DNA of 64,000 bases from Syntrophales bacterium (GCA_040767195.1 JAXGPA010000001.1:768001-832000); one strand, 5' to 3'; counted from the stretch's first letter, positions 19,312 through 29,121 are shown. Translations and numbers: made by a program. Notes: generated by a model from the sequence alone, not told the origin.

Positions 19312-20286
19312 ATGGAAATTCAGGAGATCCTCCAATCCTACGAAAAGGATCTTAAAAAGGTCGAAGCCATCCTCGATGAAAACAAGCGTTCCTACGTCGA
19401 CCTCATCCCCGACATCAGCAGCTATATCATACAGAGCGGCGGCAAGAGGCTCCGGCCCCTTCTTGTCATGATCGCGTCGGACCTGTGCGGGTATGGCGGG
19501 GAAAGGCGATATTCCGTCGCCGCCGCTATCGAGTTCATCCACACGGCATCACTCCTTCACGACGACGTCATCGATCATGCCGACACGCGGCGGGGCAAGC
19601 GGTCGGCGAACCGGGTCTGGGGAAATTCGGCGAGCGTCCTCGTCGGGGACTATCTCTATTCGAAATCCTTCAAGATGATCATCGACGACGGAGATCCGCG
19701 AATTCAGGAGCTCCTCTCGACAGCCACCGTTCTCATGGTGGAAGGAGAAACGGCTCAACTCATCAGTTCCGGGGATATCGCCATCAGCGAGGACACTTAC
19801 CTGTCCATCATCGAGAAGAAAACGGCCATCCTCATTTCGGCAGCCTGCGCCGCCGGTGCCGTGCTCGCGGATCTCCCGGAGAATCGGTCGACGTCTCTCG
19901 GTACGTTCGGCCTCTGCCTGGGGAAAGCCTTCCAGGTGACCGATGATATTCTCGATTACATGGCCGAGGAGAAGGACTTCGGAAAAGCCATGGGCATGGA
20001 CCTGAAAGAAGGCAAGATCACCCTCCCCCTGATCCGGGCGCTGGCGGTGTGCGGCGGCGAAGAGCGGAACCGGGTCGGGAAACTGGTTCGGGCGAAGGAA
20101 CTGGCGGAAGCGGAAATACGGGAAGTGACATCCCTCATCGGGAAATACGGGGGCATCGAATACGCTCTTGAAAAGGCCCGAAAAACAATCTCGGACGGGA
20201 AAAGGCACCTGGACGGATTTCCCGACGGCCCGCCGAAAACGGCCCTCCTGACCCTGGCCGACTATATTCTGAAAAGGAAGATGTAA
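19312..20286 (+). CDS. ispB: Long-chain polyprenyl diphosphate synthase (IspB-like)
   Basis: GGKRLRP, ASLLHDDVID (FARM), RRG, KTA, FQVTDDILD (SARM), DLKEGKITLP. Confidence 0.9.
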   Translation: MEIQEILQSYEKDLKKVEAILDENKRSYVDLIPDISSYIIQSGGKRLRPLLVMIASDLCGYGGERRYSVAAAIEFIHTASLLHDDVIDHADTRRGKRSANRVWGNSASVLVGDYLYSKSFKMIIDDGDPRIQELLSTATVLMVEGETAQLISSGDIAISEDTYLSIIEKKTAILISAACAAGAVLADLPENRSTSLGTFGLCLGKAFQVTDDILDYMAEEKDFGKAMGMDLKEGKITLPLIRALAVCGGEERNRVGKLVRAKELAEAEIREVTSLIGKYGGIEYALEKARKTISDGKRHLDGFPDGPPKTALLTLADYILKRKM

Positions 20287-20410
20287 CGCCGGCGAATCCC
20301 CAGGGATTCCATTCCCCCTGAATTCCTTCTTTCACCCCGGAAAACTTCGCGAAACCGGAGCGAGGGCCTTGGCATGCTTGGGACCGCCGGACATTCGGCC
20401 GGGTGCGTCT

Positions 20411-21985
20411 TCACACCGCGTCCAGGGTCAACCCGAGAAAGGGGGCCGGGAATCCCTGCTGTTTACGAATCGTTTTCAGGGCCCGGGGGAGGAAGCGAAG
20501 CAGGTCCCCCGCCAGAAGACCGTCTTCTCCCATAGATCGCGCCGCCAGGTCCCCCGCCAACCCGTGGACGAGAACCCCCATCCGGACGGCGCCGTCAAGG
20601 TCGAGACCAAGGCCCGCCATGGCGGCGATACATCCTGTCAGGACGTCCCCCGCCCCGGCGGTAGCCATCCCCGAATTTCCGGTGAGATTGATCCAGGTCC
20701 GCCCGTCGGGTTCCGAAACGAGGGTGTGAGCCCCCTTCAGGACGATGAAGCTCCGGAGGGTCCGGCTCGTTTCCCGGAGGATCTCCAGGCGGTCCCGCTC
20801 CAGTTCGCTGACCGGCCGCCCTGTCAGCCGCGCCATCTCCCCCATGTGGGGCGTGAGGATGGTGGGGGCTTTTCGTTTTTGCAGGATGTGGGGGCTGGCC
20901 GACAGGGCCGTGAGACCGTCCCCGTCGATGAGAAGGGGCCGGTCCAGTTTTGCCGCCAGGTCCCGGGCAAGCTGGGCCGTCTCCTCGTTCAGGGACAGGC
21001 CGGGGCCGAGGACGACGAAATCCGTACGGCCGGCCGTTTCGAGAATCGAATTCAGGCTGTCCGGGGAAAGGGACCCCGATTCCGTTTCCCCCTGGGGGTG
21101 AAAGACGATCTCGCTTCCTTTCCCGGCGATGACGGGAATGACCGAACGGGGGGCGGCGAGCCGGGCATAGCCGCCGCCGGCCCGGAGAAAGGCCTTGGCG
21201 GACAGAAGGGGGGCCCCGTAATAACCGGAGGCTCCTGCAACGAAAAGGGCCTCGCCGAAATCCCCCTTGTGGCCCGCGTCCTTCCTCGGGGGCAGGGGCA
21301 CCGGGCCGTTCACCGCCACGGGAATCCTCTCGTCCCCGTAGAGAGGCGGCGGGAAGGATATGTGGGATACAAATAACTTGCCGCAGGACGCCGCGCCCGG
21401 GTAGAGCAGGTTCCCCCTCTTGGGAAGCCCGAAGGTCACCGTCTGACGGGCCCGCACGGCCGCCCCCAGGATCTCTCCCGTGTCCCCGCTCACCCCGGAG
21501 GGAATGTCGACGCTCGTGACGGGCTTTCCCGACCGGTTCACGGCCTCGATGATTTCCCGGTGAAGCCCCGTCACCTCCCGGGTGAGCCCCGTCCCGAAGA
21601 GGGCGTCGACGATCCGATCACAGGAAGCGAGCGACGACGGCAACCTTTTCGTCGATACCTGATTCTCCAGACGGAGAGGCAGGCGCTGCAGCATCCCGTA
21701 ATTCACCGCGGCCGCCCCCGTGAGTTTTTCCGGGTTTCCCGGAAAGATCACGGTGACGTCGGCACCCCGGGACAACAGGAGCCTGGCGACAGCGAAGCCG
21801 TCCCCGCCGTTATTCCCCGTCCCGCACACGATGACGACCCGTTCCCCCGCAAGGGGAGCGGTTTTTTCCATCACGGAAACGACCGCCAGGGCCGCGTTTT
21901 CCATGAGCAGGAGCTCCGGTATGCCGAAACGTTCCGTCGCTTCCCGGTCCAGCCTCCGCATTTCCTCTACCGTGGCAACCTTCAT
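20411..21985 (-). CDS. nnr: Bifunctional NAD(P)H-hydrate epimerase/dehydratase
   Basis: LMENA, GNNGGDG, DALFGTG, VDIPSG, HKGDFG, LTPHMGE, ATAGAGDVL. Confidence 0.93.
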   Translation of the reverse strand: MKVATVEEMRRLDREATERFGIPELLLMENAALAVVSVMEKTAPLAGERVVIVCGTGNNGGDGFAVARLLLSRGADVTVIFPGNPEKLTGAAAVNYGMLQRLPLRLENQVSTKRLPSSLASCDRIVDALFGTGLTREVTGLHREIIEAVNRSGKPVTSVDIPSGVSGDTGEILGAAVRARQTVTFGLPKRGNLLYPGAASCGKLFVSHISFPPPLYGDERIPVAVNGPVPLPPRKDAGHKGDFGEALFVAGASGYYGAPLLSAKAFLRAGGGYARLAAPRSVIPVIAGKGSEIVFHPQGETESGSLSPDSLNSILETAGRTDFVVLGPGLSLNEETAQLARDLAAKLDRPLLIDGDGLTALSASPHILQKRKAPTILTPHMGEMARLTGRPVSELERDRLEILRETSRTLRSFIVLKGAHTLVSEPDGRTWINLTGNSGMATAGAGDVLTGCIAAMAGLGLDLDGAVRMGVLVHGLAGDLAARSMGEDGLLAGDLLRFLPRALKTIRKQQGFPAPFLGLTLDAV

Positions 21986-21996
21986 GACGCCCCCCG

Positions 21997-23067
21997 TCAG
22001 GCATCCCGCGCCGTTTCCGGCACCGCGGAAGCGACCGTTTCCCCGAAGGGCCCGGCAGACTGATCGTCGAGCCTGGAAAAGGCCAGCTCCACCAGGCTTT
22101 CGCCGTCAATCACGGACCGGTCCTCGATGGATGCGACTCCGATCCGCAGAAGAAAAGGGAGCGACCCATCGTCCGCCGCCGGAAGGCGGCACAAAATTAC
22201 CTCCGCCGCGCGGCGGGCCGTTTCCCGGGCCGCCATCTCCTCCCGGTAGGGGAGGCAGAGGACATAACCGTTCTCCCGACATCGGAAGAGGCTGTCCTCC
22301 CGCCCCATGGAAGCGCCGATTGCCCCGGCCATCAGGACGGCGAAGGCGTCGGCCTTTTCCGGGCCCTGACGTTCTTTCACGTCATCATAGTTTTCATGAC
22401 AGAAGGCGACCACGGAAAGGGGAAAACCCCGGGTCCGGGAGGAGGCGACCTGCCTGTCCAGGAATACCTTCAATTCCGAACCATTCGAAAGCCCTGTCAG
22501 ATCGTCCCGGGTAACCCGTTTCCGGAGATTTTCCTGGGTGAGGACGTTGGACAGGGATATGGAAATGATGAGGGACAACTGGGAAAGGAAAAACGTGTCC
22601 ATGTCCGGCTGAAAGCGGGAGTCCGAGTAGTCCCCCAGATTGAGGCCACCGATGATTTTCTCGCGAAAGAAGAGAGGGCACACGGCCATGGATTTGACCA
22701 TGCATTTCTGGTGATGGGGAAGAAGCCGGTAGTAGGCCTTCAGGTTCTCGTTCACCAGTATCGGCAGCCCTTTTTCGTCCATGAGGGCCGAAAAATCACT
22801 CCGGGGGAGGACATTGAGACGTTCCTTGAGGAGCGGGGAGGCTTCCAGTGACTCCCACGGGAACCGGTCCGTTTCCTCCTCGATGACGGAAATCCAGACA
22901 TGGGGGATGGAAAATTTTTCTTCCACAGCGGTGAGAAGACGCTCGAAAAGGTCCCGAAAGGTGGACACGGTGAGGATTTCCATTTCCATCTCAAAGAATT
23001 TCCTCAAGATTTCCTCATTTGTCCGCACATGATGAAAGATTTCCTCCAAACGAAACAGGGTGGCCAT
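21997..23067 (-). CDS. DUF484/GAF domain protein with degenerate GGDEF domain
   Basis: N-terminal GAF-like region (SMAVCPL...GGLNLGD...RFQPDMDTFFL); DDLTGLSN, but the active-site segment reads RCRENGY. Confidence 0.75.
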   Translation of the reverse strand: MATLFRLEEIFHHVRTNEEILRKFFEMEMEILTVSTFRDLFERLLTAVEEKFSIPHVWISVIEEETDRFPWESLEASPLLKERLNVLPRSDFSALMDEKGLPILVNENLKAYYRLLPHHQKCMVKSMAVCPLFFREKIIGGLNLGDYSDSRFQPDMDTFFLSQLSLIISISLSNVLTQENLRKRVTRDDLTGLSNGSELKVFLDRQVASSRTRGFPLSVVAFCHENYDDVKERQGPEKADAFAVLMAGAIGASMGREDSLFRCRENGYVLCLPYREEMAARETARRAAEVILCRLPAADDGSLPFLLRIGVASIEDRSVIDGESLVELAFSRLDDQSAGPFGETVASAVPETARDA

Positions 23068-23105
23068 CCCTACATCCCCTCCTTGGTCTTGTTTCGAAAA
23101 TGCCC

Positions 23106-25418
23106 TCAAGATCCCATCGTCCAGAGCGTCCCCTCCGGCGTGTCCTGGACATGGACTCCCAGGCCCTCCAGGGCTTCACGAATCCGGTCCGACTCGGACC
23201 ATCGTCCCGCCGCCCGGGCCTCTTCCCTTTTTTTGAGAAGCTTTTCCGCCTCTTCGGGGAGACGTTTCGGCTCGAAATCCATGACGGCGATGACCGAATC
23301 GACGGTTCTCAATTCCTTGAACACGGCGTCCCGCTCCCGGTCGTTCAGGAGGTCTTTCGACAGGGGGCCGTTCACCTTCCGGACAAATTCAAACAGGGCG
23401 GCCAGGGCGCTCGATATGTTGAAGTCGTCGTCCATGGCGTCCTCAAAACCGTGGTGAAGATCGTAGACGTACTGGTCCACATCGGGACACCCCGCTCCCG
23501 CTCGTGCCCGGAGCAGTCTCTGGAGAAAACCGTTCAGCCGCCGGACGGTGTTCCGGGCCGTGTCGAGGGCCCCGAAGGAAAAATTCAGGGGCTTCCGGTA
23601 GTGAGACCCGAGAAGGAAATAACGGATGTCCCGACCCTCGTAACCTTTTGCTTCCAGTTCCTCGAGGGTGCAGGCGTTTTCGAGAGACCGCGACATTTTC
23701 TTCCCGTCCAGCATGACCAGTTCCGTGTTGATCCAGTAGTTGGCCAGGGGGCCCCCGGTGGCCGCCTTTCCGATGGCCAGGACGTTCTCACAGTGCGGGA
23801 AAAGGATGTCCGTTCCGCTGGCATGAATGTCGAAGCGTTCCCCCAGGTGTTCCAGGGCCATGGCGGCGCATTCGAGATGCCACCCTGGGCGGACGTTCCC
23901 CCAGCGGGTCTTGTGGTAGATGCCCCTTTTAAGCTCCGCCAGGTTGGACCTTTTAAGAAGGGTGAAATCCACGGGACTGTCCTTCTCGTAGTCATCGCCC
24001 TCCACGGTCGACTTCCGGAGCATGTTCTTCAGATCGATGTTGGAGAGGACCCCGTAATCGTCGAGCTTGGAGATGTCGAAATAGACGGACCGTAGTTTTT
24101 CGTAGGCAAATCCCTTCTCCACCAGTTTTTCCGCCAGGCGGACCATGGCGTCCACATGCTCGCTCGCCCGGGGATATTTCGTTTCGGTCCGCATGTTGAG
24201 ATTCTCCAGGTCTTCCCGGAATCTTCCCACGTAGCGTTCCGTCAATTCCTTCAGATCGGCGTTTTCCCGGTCCGCCCGCCGGATGGACCGGTCCGCCAGG
24301 TCGATGATATTGGAGGCCACGGAGACATGGAAGCCCTTGAGTTCGAGGTAACGGGCCACCAGGTCCGCCACGACGAACCGCCGGTATGTGCCCAGGTGGG
24401 GGGTGTCATGAACGGTCGGGCCGCAGGCGTGGATGAGCACCCGGTCGGGGCGGAGGGGCCGGAAGAAATCCTTTTTCCGGGTCAGGGTGTTGAATATTTT
24501 CAAAGTGGTCTCTCCCTGGTCGGCGAACAGCTCCGTACTCAGATAGCGCTCCCCCGAGTCGGGAAAAATGACGACGATGAGACCATCCTCCATTTCCCTG
24601 GCCTTTTCCAGGGCCACATGCATGGCGGCGCCGGAACTCATACCCGCCAGGATTCCCTCCTCCCGGGCAAGCCGCCGGGCCATGGCGAAGGCGTCCTCGT
24701 CGTGGATGTTCACGATCTCATCAAGCCGCGACCGGTCAAAGATGCCCGGCTGGTAGGACTCCTTCATGTTCTTGAGACCCTGGATCCTGTGACGGAGATA
24801 GGGCTCCACGCCCACGACCCGGATGTCCTTCCCGTACTCTTTCAGCCGGCGGGCGCATCCCATGGCCGTTCCCGATGTTCCCAGGGTGGCGACCACCATG
24901 GTCACCCGCCCTTCCGTCTGACGCCAGATTTCTTCCGCTGTCCCGTGGTAGTGGGCGTTTATGTTATCCTCGTTGTTGAACTGATCGGGAATGAAATAGG
25001 TTCCCGGATGCTCCCGGTACAGCGTGTAGGCGTACTCGATGGCCCCGTCCGTCCCGAGGGCCGCCGGGGTGAAGTGAAGTTCCGCCCCCATGGCCTTCAG
25101 GATTTTTTTCCGCTCCTCGCTCACCCCTTCCGACATGGCGAGAATCAGCCTGTACCCCTTAACCGCCGACACGAGAGCGAGGCCGATGCCCGTGTTTCCG
25201 CTCGTGGCCTCGAGAATCGTTCTGTCCTTCGTCAGCTCCCCCCGTTTTTCCGCCGCTTCGATCATGAAGAGGGCCGTCCGGTCCTTGATGGACCCGCCGG
25301 GGTTGTGACATTCAAGCTTGGCGAAAATCCTGACATTACCGCCCGGGTTGAGGCGCCTGATTTCCACAAGGGGGGTATTCCCCACCATATCGAGAATGTT
25401 TTCGTAAACGCCTTTCAT
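23106..25418 (-). CDS. Fusion of cysteine synthase (CysK/CysM) and divergent cysteinyl-tRNA synthetase
   Basis: aa ~1-300: GNTPL, NPGGSIKDR, ATSGNTG, GTSGT, PDSGERYLST. Remainder: FNTLTR, CGPTV, RPGWHLEC, FPH, KMSRS, HYR, DDDFN, DRIR...VQD..EGTLW. One uninterrupted frame. Confidence 0.9.
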   Translation of the reverse strand: MKGVYENILDMVGNTPLVEIRRLNPGGNVRIFAKLECHNPGGSIKDRTALFMIEAAEKRGELTKDRTILEATSGNTGIGLALVSAVKGYRLILAMSEGVSEERKKILKAMGAELHFTPAALGTDGAIEYAYTLYREHPGTYFIPDQFNNEDNINAHYHGTAEEIWRQTEGRVTMVVATLGTSGTAMGCARRLKEYGKDIRVVGVEPYLRHRIQGLKNMKESYQPGIFDRSRLDEIVNIHDEDAFAMARRLAREEGILAGMSSGAAMHVALEKAREMEDGLIVVIFPDSGERYLSTELFADQGETTLKIFNTLTRKKDFFRPLRPDRVLIHACGPTVHDTPHLGTYRRFVVADLVARYLELKGFHVSVASNIIDLADRSIRRADRENADLKELTERYVGRFREDLENLNMRTETKYPRASEHVDAMVRLAEKLVEKGFAYEKLRSVYFDISKLDDYGVLSNIDLKNMLRKSTVEGDDYEKDSPVDFTLLKRSNLAELKRGIYHKTRWGNVRPGWHLECAAMALEHLGERFDIHASGTDILFPHCENVLAIGKAATGGPLANYWINTELVMLDGKKMSRSLENACTLEELEAKGYEGRDIRYFLLGSHYRKPLNFSFGALDTARNTVRRLNGFLQRLLRARAGAGCPDVDQYVYDLHHGFEDAMDDDFNISSALAALFEFVRKVNGPLSKDLLNDRERDAVFKELRTVDSVIAVMDFEPKRLPEEAEKLLKKREEARAAGRWSESDRIREALEGLGVHVQDTPEGTLWTMGS

Positions 25419-25476
25419 CCACCCTCACCGACAAAAAGGGGGCCTTTCCGGAATCCCCCTCGATTTTTTCATCCGC

Positions 25477-25896
25477 TCAGCTGTCTAACTTGAGGACCGG
25501 CACCTTGATAAACTGGACACCCTCCTCCTTCAAGGTTTCCTCTTCCTCTTTCGACGTGGTGCCTCGAATATTGCGGCGGTCTTCCTCGCCCCTGTGAATT
25601 TTAAGGGCCACCTGGGCGAAGCGGTCTCCCACATCGTCAAAATTGTTCTCCAAAAATTCGTGGAGCTTCTTCAAGGCCAGACGGGGGCTCATTTCATCTG
25701 GAGGCGCCTTTTTCTCCCCTTCGGAACGGGAGCGGCTGATGACGGAAACGGAGGACGGAAGGCGCTCGATCTCGGACCCGCCGCAGACGGGACAGGTGAT
25801 GAGACGCGCCCGCAACTGGGCCTCGAAAGCGGCGCTGTCCTGGAACCACGCTTCAAAGCGATGCTGTTTACGGCACTGAAGATCATATATGATCAC
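25477..25896 (-). CDS. DUF1178 family protein
   Basis: MIIYDLQC...HRFEAWF...ITCPVCG...DDVGDRFA...RNIRG...LKEEG. Confidence 0.85.
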   Translation of the reverse strand: MIIYDLQCRKQHRFEAWFQDSAAFEAQLRARLITCPVCGGSEIERLPSSVSVISRSRSEGEKKAPPDEMSPRLALKKLHEFLENNFDDVGDRFAQVALKIHRGEEDRRNIRGTTSKEEEETLKEEGVQFIKVPVLKLDS

Positions 25897-26105
25897 GGAA
25901 CCACACTCTCCCCATGATCCTGAAAGGTCATCTTAACATAGTAATAATTTTACCATGCTCTGGAACGGATCACAACGGCTACTTCCGTGCCGGGCACAAG
26001 GGCACGGGGCCGTTCCCGAAAAAGCTCCCGCGGCCCTGCGGCGGAGCGGTCACTCCAAAAAAACGGTGGACATTTATCCAATAATTATATAATGAAGAAC
26101 GGAGT

Positions 26106-26182
26106 CGGGATGTGGCCCAGTCTGGTAGGGCACTGCGTTCGGGACGCAGGGGTCGCGCGTTCGAATCGCGCCATCCCGACCA
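26106..26182 (+). tRNA. tRNA-Pro (anticodon CGG)
   Basis: Acceptor CGGGATG/CATCCCG, anticodon arm CTGCG-TTCGGGA-CGCAG, T-arm GCGCG-TTCGAAT-CGCGC, encoded CCA. Confidence 0.96.
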
Positions 26183-26188
26183 TTTTAA

Positions 26189-27400
26189 TTAACCGCCCAT
26201 AACCCCGGCCATGCGGAAAACGGGAAGATAAAGGGCCACGATCATCCCTCCCACAAGCCCCCCGAGAACAACCATCATCACCGGCTCGAGCAGCGAAGTC
26301 ATGGCGTCGGCGGCGGCGTCCACCTCCTGGTCGTAAAAATCGGCGATCTTGTCCAGCATGGCGTCGAGGGTTCCCGTGCTTTCGCCCACACCGATCATCT
26401 GAACGACCATGGAGGGAAAGACTTTCGATGAGGCGAGGGTTTCGGCAATGGGCTTGCCCTCGGTGACCCTCTTCCGTGTTTCCACGAGAACATTCTCCAC
26501 GGCCTTGTTGCCGGAAACCCTCCCGACGATCTCGAGGCCCTCCAGGATGGGAACGCCGCTGGAAACGAGGGTGGACAGGGTCCTGGAAAACCGGGCCACC
26601 GCCACTTTTCTGAAAAGTGTCCCAAAAACGGGAAGTTTGAGAAGGATCCTGTCAACGCCAAGCCGTCCCCGTTCCGTTTTGTAAAAGCGCCCGAAACCCA
26701 GGACGGAAAGAACGAGGAACAGGACGCCGTAAAGAAAGTTGCCCTGGACGAATTCGCTGGCTTCCATGAGAAGCCGGGTCGGGGCGGGCAGGGCGGAACC
26801 CATCTGGCGAAAAAGGTCGTCGAAGACGGGCACGACCCTCCACAGGAGAAGCGCGATCACCGCCGAGGATATGAGAAGGACGGAAGCGGGGTAGACCAGG
26901 GCGCCCCTCAATTTCCTCTTCAACTGGACGGTTTTCTCCAGGTGGCCCGCGAGGCGGTTCAGGATCACGTCGAGGACACCGCCCGCTTCGCCGGCAGCGG
27001 CGAGATTCACGAAAAGTTCATCGAACACGGCGGGATGCCTGCTCAGGCTTTCCGTCAGGGACTGTCCCTGGCCGATGTCCGTCCTGACCGACAAGATGAC
27101 CCGGGCGAAGACGCGGTTCCTTTCCTCCGAGGACAGGAGATCCAGGCACTCCATGATGGGCAGCCCCGCGTTGATCATGGTGGCGAACTGACGGGCGAAG
27201 ACCGCTACCTCCTTTTCCCGGACCCTGCCCGGGGAAAAGGGAAGACAGGCCTTCAGGTCTTTTCGTTTCTTTTCGACCTTGACGCCGGTGAGCCCCTGCC
27301 CCCGGAGAAAAACCCTGAGAGACGCTTCGCTCGCGGAAGCCATCTCCCCCCGCCGGATCTCCCCCTCCCGGGTCTTTCCCACCCACAGATACGCCGCCAT
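26189..27400 (-). CDS. pilC: Type IV pilus inner-membrane platform protein PilC (GspF family)
   Basis: FARQFATMINAGLP, GEAGGVLD, ALVYP, LVSSGVPI, GESTGTLD, LLEP, LYLP. Confidence 0.92.
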   Translation of the reverse strand: MAAYLWVGKTREGEIRRGEMASASEASLRVFLRGQGLTGVKVEKKRKDLKACLPFSPGRVREKEVAVFARQFATMINAGLPIMECLDLLSSEERNRVFARVILSVRTDIGQGQSLTESLSRHPAVFDELFVNLAAAGEAGGVLDVILNRLAGHLEKTVQLKRKLRGALVYPASVLLISSAVIALLLWRVVPVFDDLFRQMGSALPAPTRLLMEASEFVQGNFLYGVLFLVLSVLGFGRFYKTERGRLGVDRILLKLPVFGTLFRKVAVARFSRTLSTLVSSGVPILEGLEIVGRVSGNKAVENVLVETRKRVTEGKPIAETLASSKVFPSMVVQMIGVGESTGTLDAMLDKIADFYDQEVDAAADAMTSLLEPVMMVVLGGLVGGMIVALYLPVFRMAGVMGG

Positions 27401-27581
27401 AGGACCGCTCCCGTGTCTTCCAGCGCGGTGGCTTCGCCAGAAGTCCCCGTTCCGGATTTTCTATGTTCTTTTAACTGCCCTTTTGACCGTGACGGGATTT
27501 CGTCTTCCCGGCGGCGGCAAAAAAGGAGTCCGAAGGCTGTCACGACACCGGGGGCGGGAACGGTCCCGGACGGTAGGGGCC

Positions 27582-28319
27582 TCAGATCGTCCTTTCCGCC
27601 CGGCTCCGAAAGACTTCGTAAAGGAAGATTCCCGCGGCAACGGAAACATTGAGAGAATCGAAGCCTCCCGACATGGGGAGGGTCACCAGGGCATCGCACT
27701 TGTTTCGCACCAGGGGCCGCATGCCCTTTCCCTCACTTCCGAAAACGATCCCCACGGGCCCGCTGAAATCGATTTTCCGGGGATCGACGCCCGCTTTCGG
27801 GTCGGCGCCGTAAATCCAGAAACCGCGATCTTTCATGTCGTCCAGAACCCGGGCCAGGTTAACCACCGGGGCGACGGGCACGTGGAGGAGGGCCCCCGAG
27901 GAGGCTTTCATAACCGCCGCCGTGACCCGGACGGAACGATCCCGGGGAAGAAGAACCCCTCGAACACCATAGCAGTGTGCCGTGCGAAGAATGGACCCCA
28001 GGTTTCGGGGGTCCGAAAGACCGTCCAGAAGAATGAGAATCCCGCCCGTTTCCACCGCCGGGCCGAGAAGGTCATCCGCAGCGGCGTAGCGATACTCGGA
28101 ACAGCGCGCCACGACGCCCTGGTGGGCGCCCCCGGCCGCCAGCTCGTCCATTTCCTTTTTCTGCCGGTATTCAACGGAAACGCCTTTCTGGCGGGCAAGG
28201 TCGAGAATCCCGGACAACCGGGCGTCCCCGCCTTCCCGCGCCACGAGGACCGTCTTCACGTCCCACGTCCCGCTGAGAAGGGCCTCCCGTACGGGATTTC
28301 TGCCATAGATGACAAACAA
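27582..28319 (-). CDS. rlmB: 23S rRNA Gm2251 methyltransferase
   Basis: IYGRNPVREAL, HQGVVA, DPRNLGSILRTA, GSEGKG, SLNVSVA. Confidence 0.92.
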   Translation of the reverse strand: MFVIYGRNPVREALLSGTWDVKTVLVAREGGDARLSGILDLARQKGVSVEYRQKKEMDELAAGGAHQGVVARCSEYRYAAADDLLGPAVETGGILILLDGLSDPRNLGSILRTAHCYGVRGVLLPRDRSVRVTAAVMKASSGALLHVPVAPVVNLARVLDDMKDRGFWIYGADPKAGVDPRKIDFSGPVGIVFGSEGKGMRPLVRNKCDALVTLPMSGGFDSLNVSVAAGIFLYEVFRSRAERTI

Positions 28320-28362
28320 GGGCCTTCTCCCGTTTTTCAGGTGCGCCTATCCGAAAGGATTT

Positions 28363-29121
28363 TCAGCGATTGGGAATCTTTTTTTCTTCCAGGGCGAGAT
28401 CGATTTCTTTCCCGATCTCCCGGGCCGCCGCCACGGGATCGGCGGCGGAGCGGATAGGCCGACCGATGACCAGGAAATCGGATCCGGCGGCGATGGCTCC
28501 CGCAGGCGTCTCCACCCGCTTCTGGTCATCCCCGGAAACAGGCTCCCATCGAATTCCCGGCGTCACGAGCGTGAAATCGGGCCCACAGGCCCGGCGGATG
28601 GCGGTAGCCTCCCGGGCCGAGCAGACCACGCCGTCGACGCCCGCTTCACGGGCCATGACGGCGAGCCGGAGGGCAAGACGGTCCGCCGTTTCCCCGTATC
28701 CCAGGTCCCGAAGATCGCTGTCGGAGAGGCTGGTGAGAACCGTGACGGCCAGGACAACAGGCGGCGTGGTCTCCTTTTTTCCGGCCGCCGCCCGGACGGC
28801 GGAAACGGCCTGACGCATCATTTCCCTTCCACCGCCGGCGTGAACATTGAACATGGCGACGTCCCAGCGCACGGCCGCCTCGGCCGCCCGGGCCACCGTG
28901 TTGGGGATGTCATGAAACTTCAGATCGAGAAAAACGTTCCCTCCCCGGGCGGTTATTTCCCGGAGAATGGAGGGGCCGAAATGGGTGAACGATTCCTTGC
29001 CCACCTTGAAGAGCCCCACGTGGTCCTTCAGAAGGTCCACCCACCGGAGAGCGTCAGCGAGACGTTCCCCCGTGTCGATGGCGAAGATGATACGGTCTTT
29101 TCCCGAATCAATCGAGATCAT
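28363..29121 (-). CDS. pyrF: Orotidine-5'-phosphate decarboxylase
   Basis: FKVG, FLDLKFHDIPNTV, VTVLTS, TPGIR, DDQKR, GRPI; start 29121 or 29127. Confidence 0.95.
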   Translation of the reverse strand: MISIDSGKDRIIFAIDTGERLADALRWVDLLKDHVGLFKVGKESFTHFGPSILREITARGGNVFLDLKFHDIPNTVARAAEAAVRWDVAMFNVHAGGGREMMRQAVSAVRAAAGKKETTPPVVLAVTVLTSLSDSDLRDLGYGETADRLALRLAVMAREAGVDGVVCSAREATAIRRACGPDFTLVTPGIRWEPVSGDDQKRVETPAGAIAAGSDFLVIGRPIRSAADPVAAAREIGKEIDLALEEKKIPNR

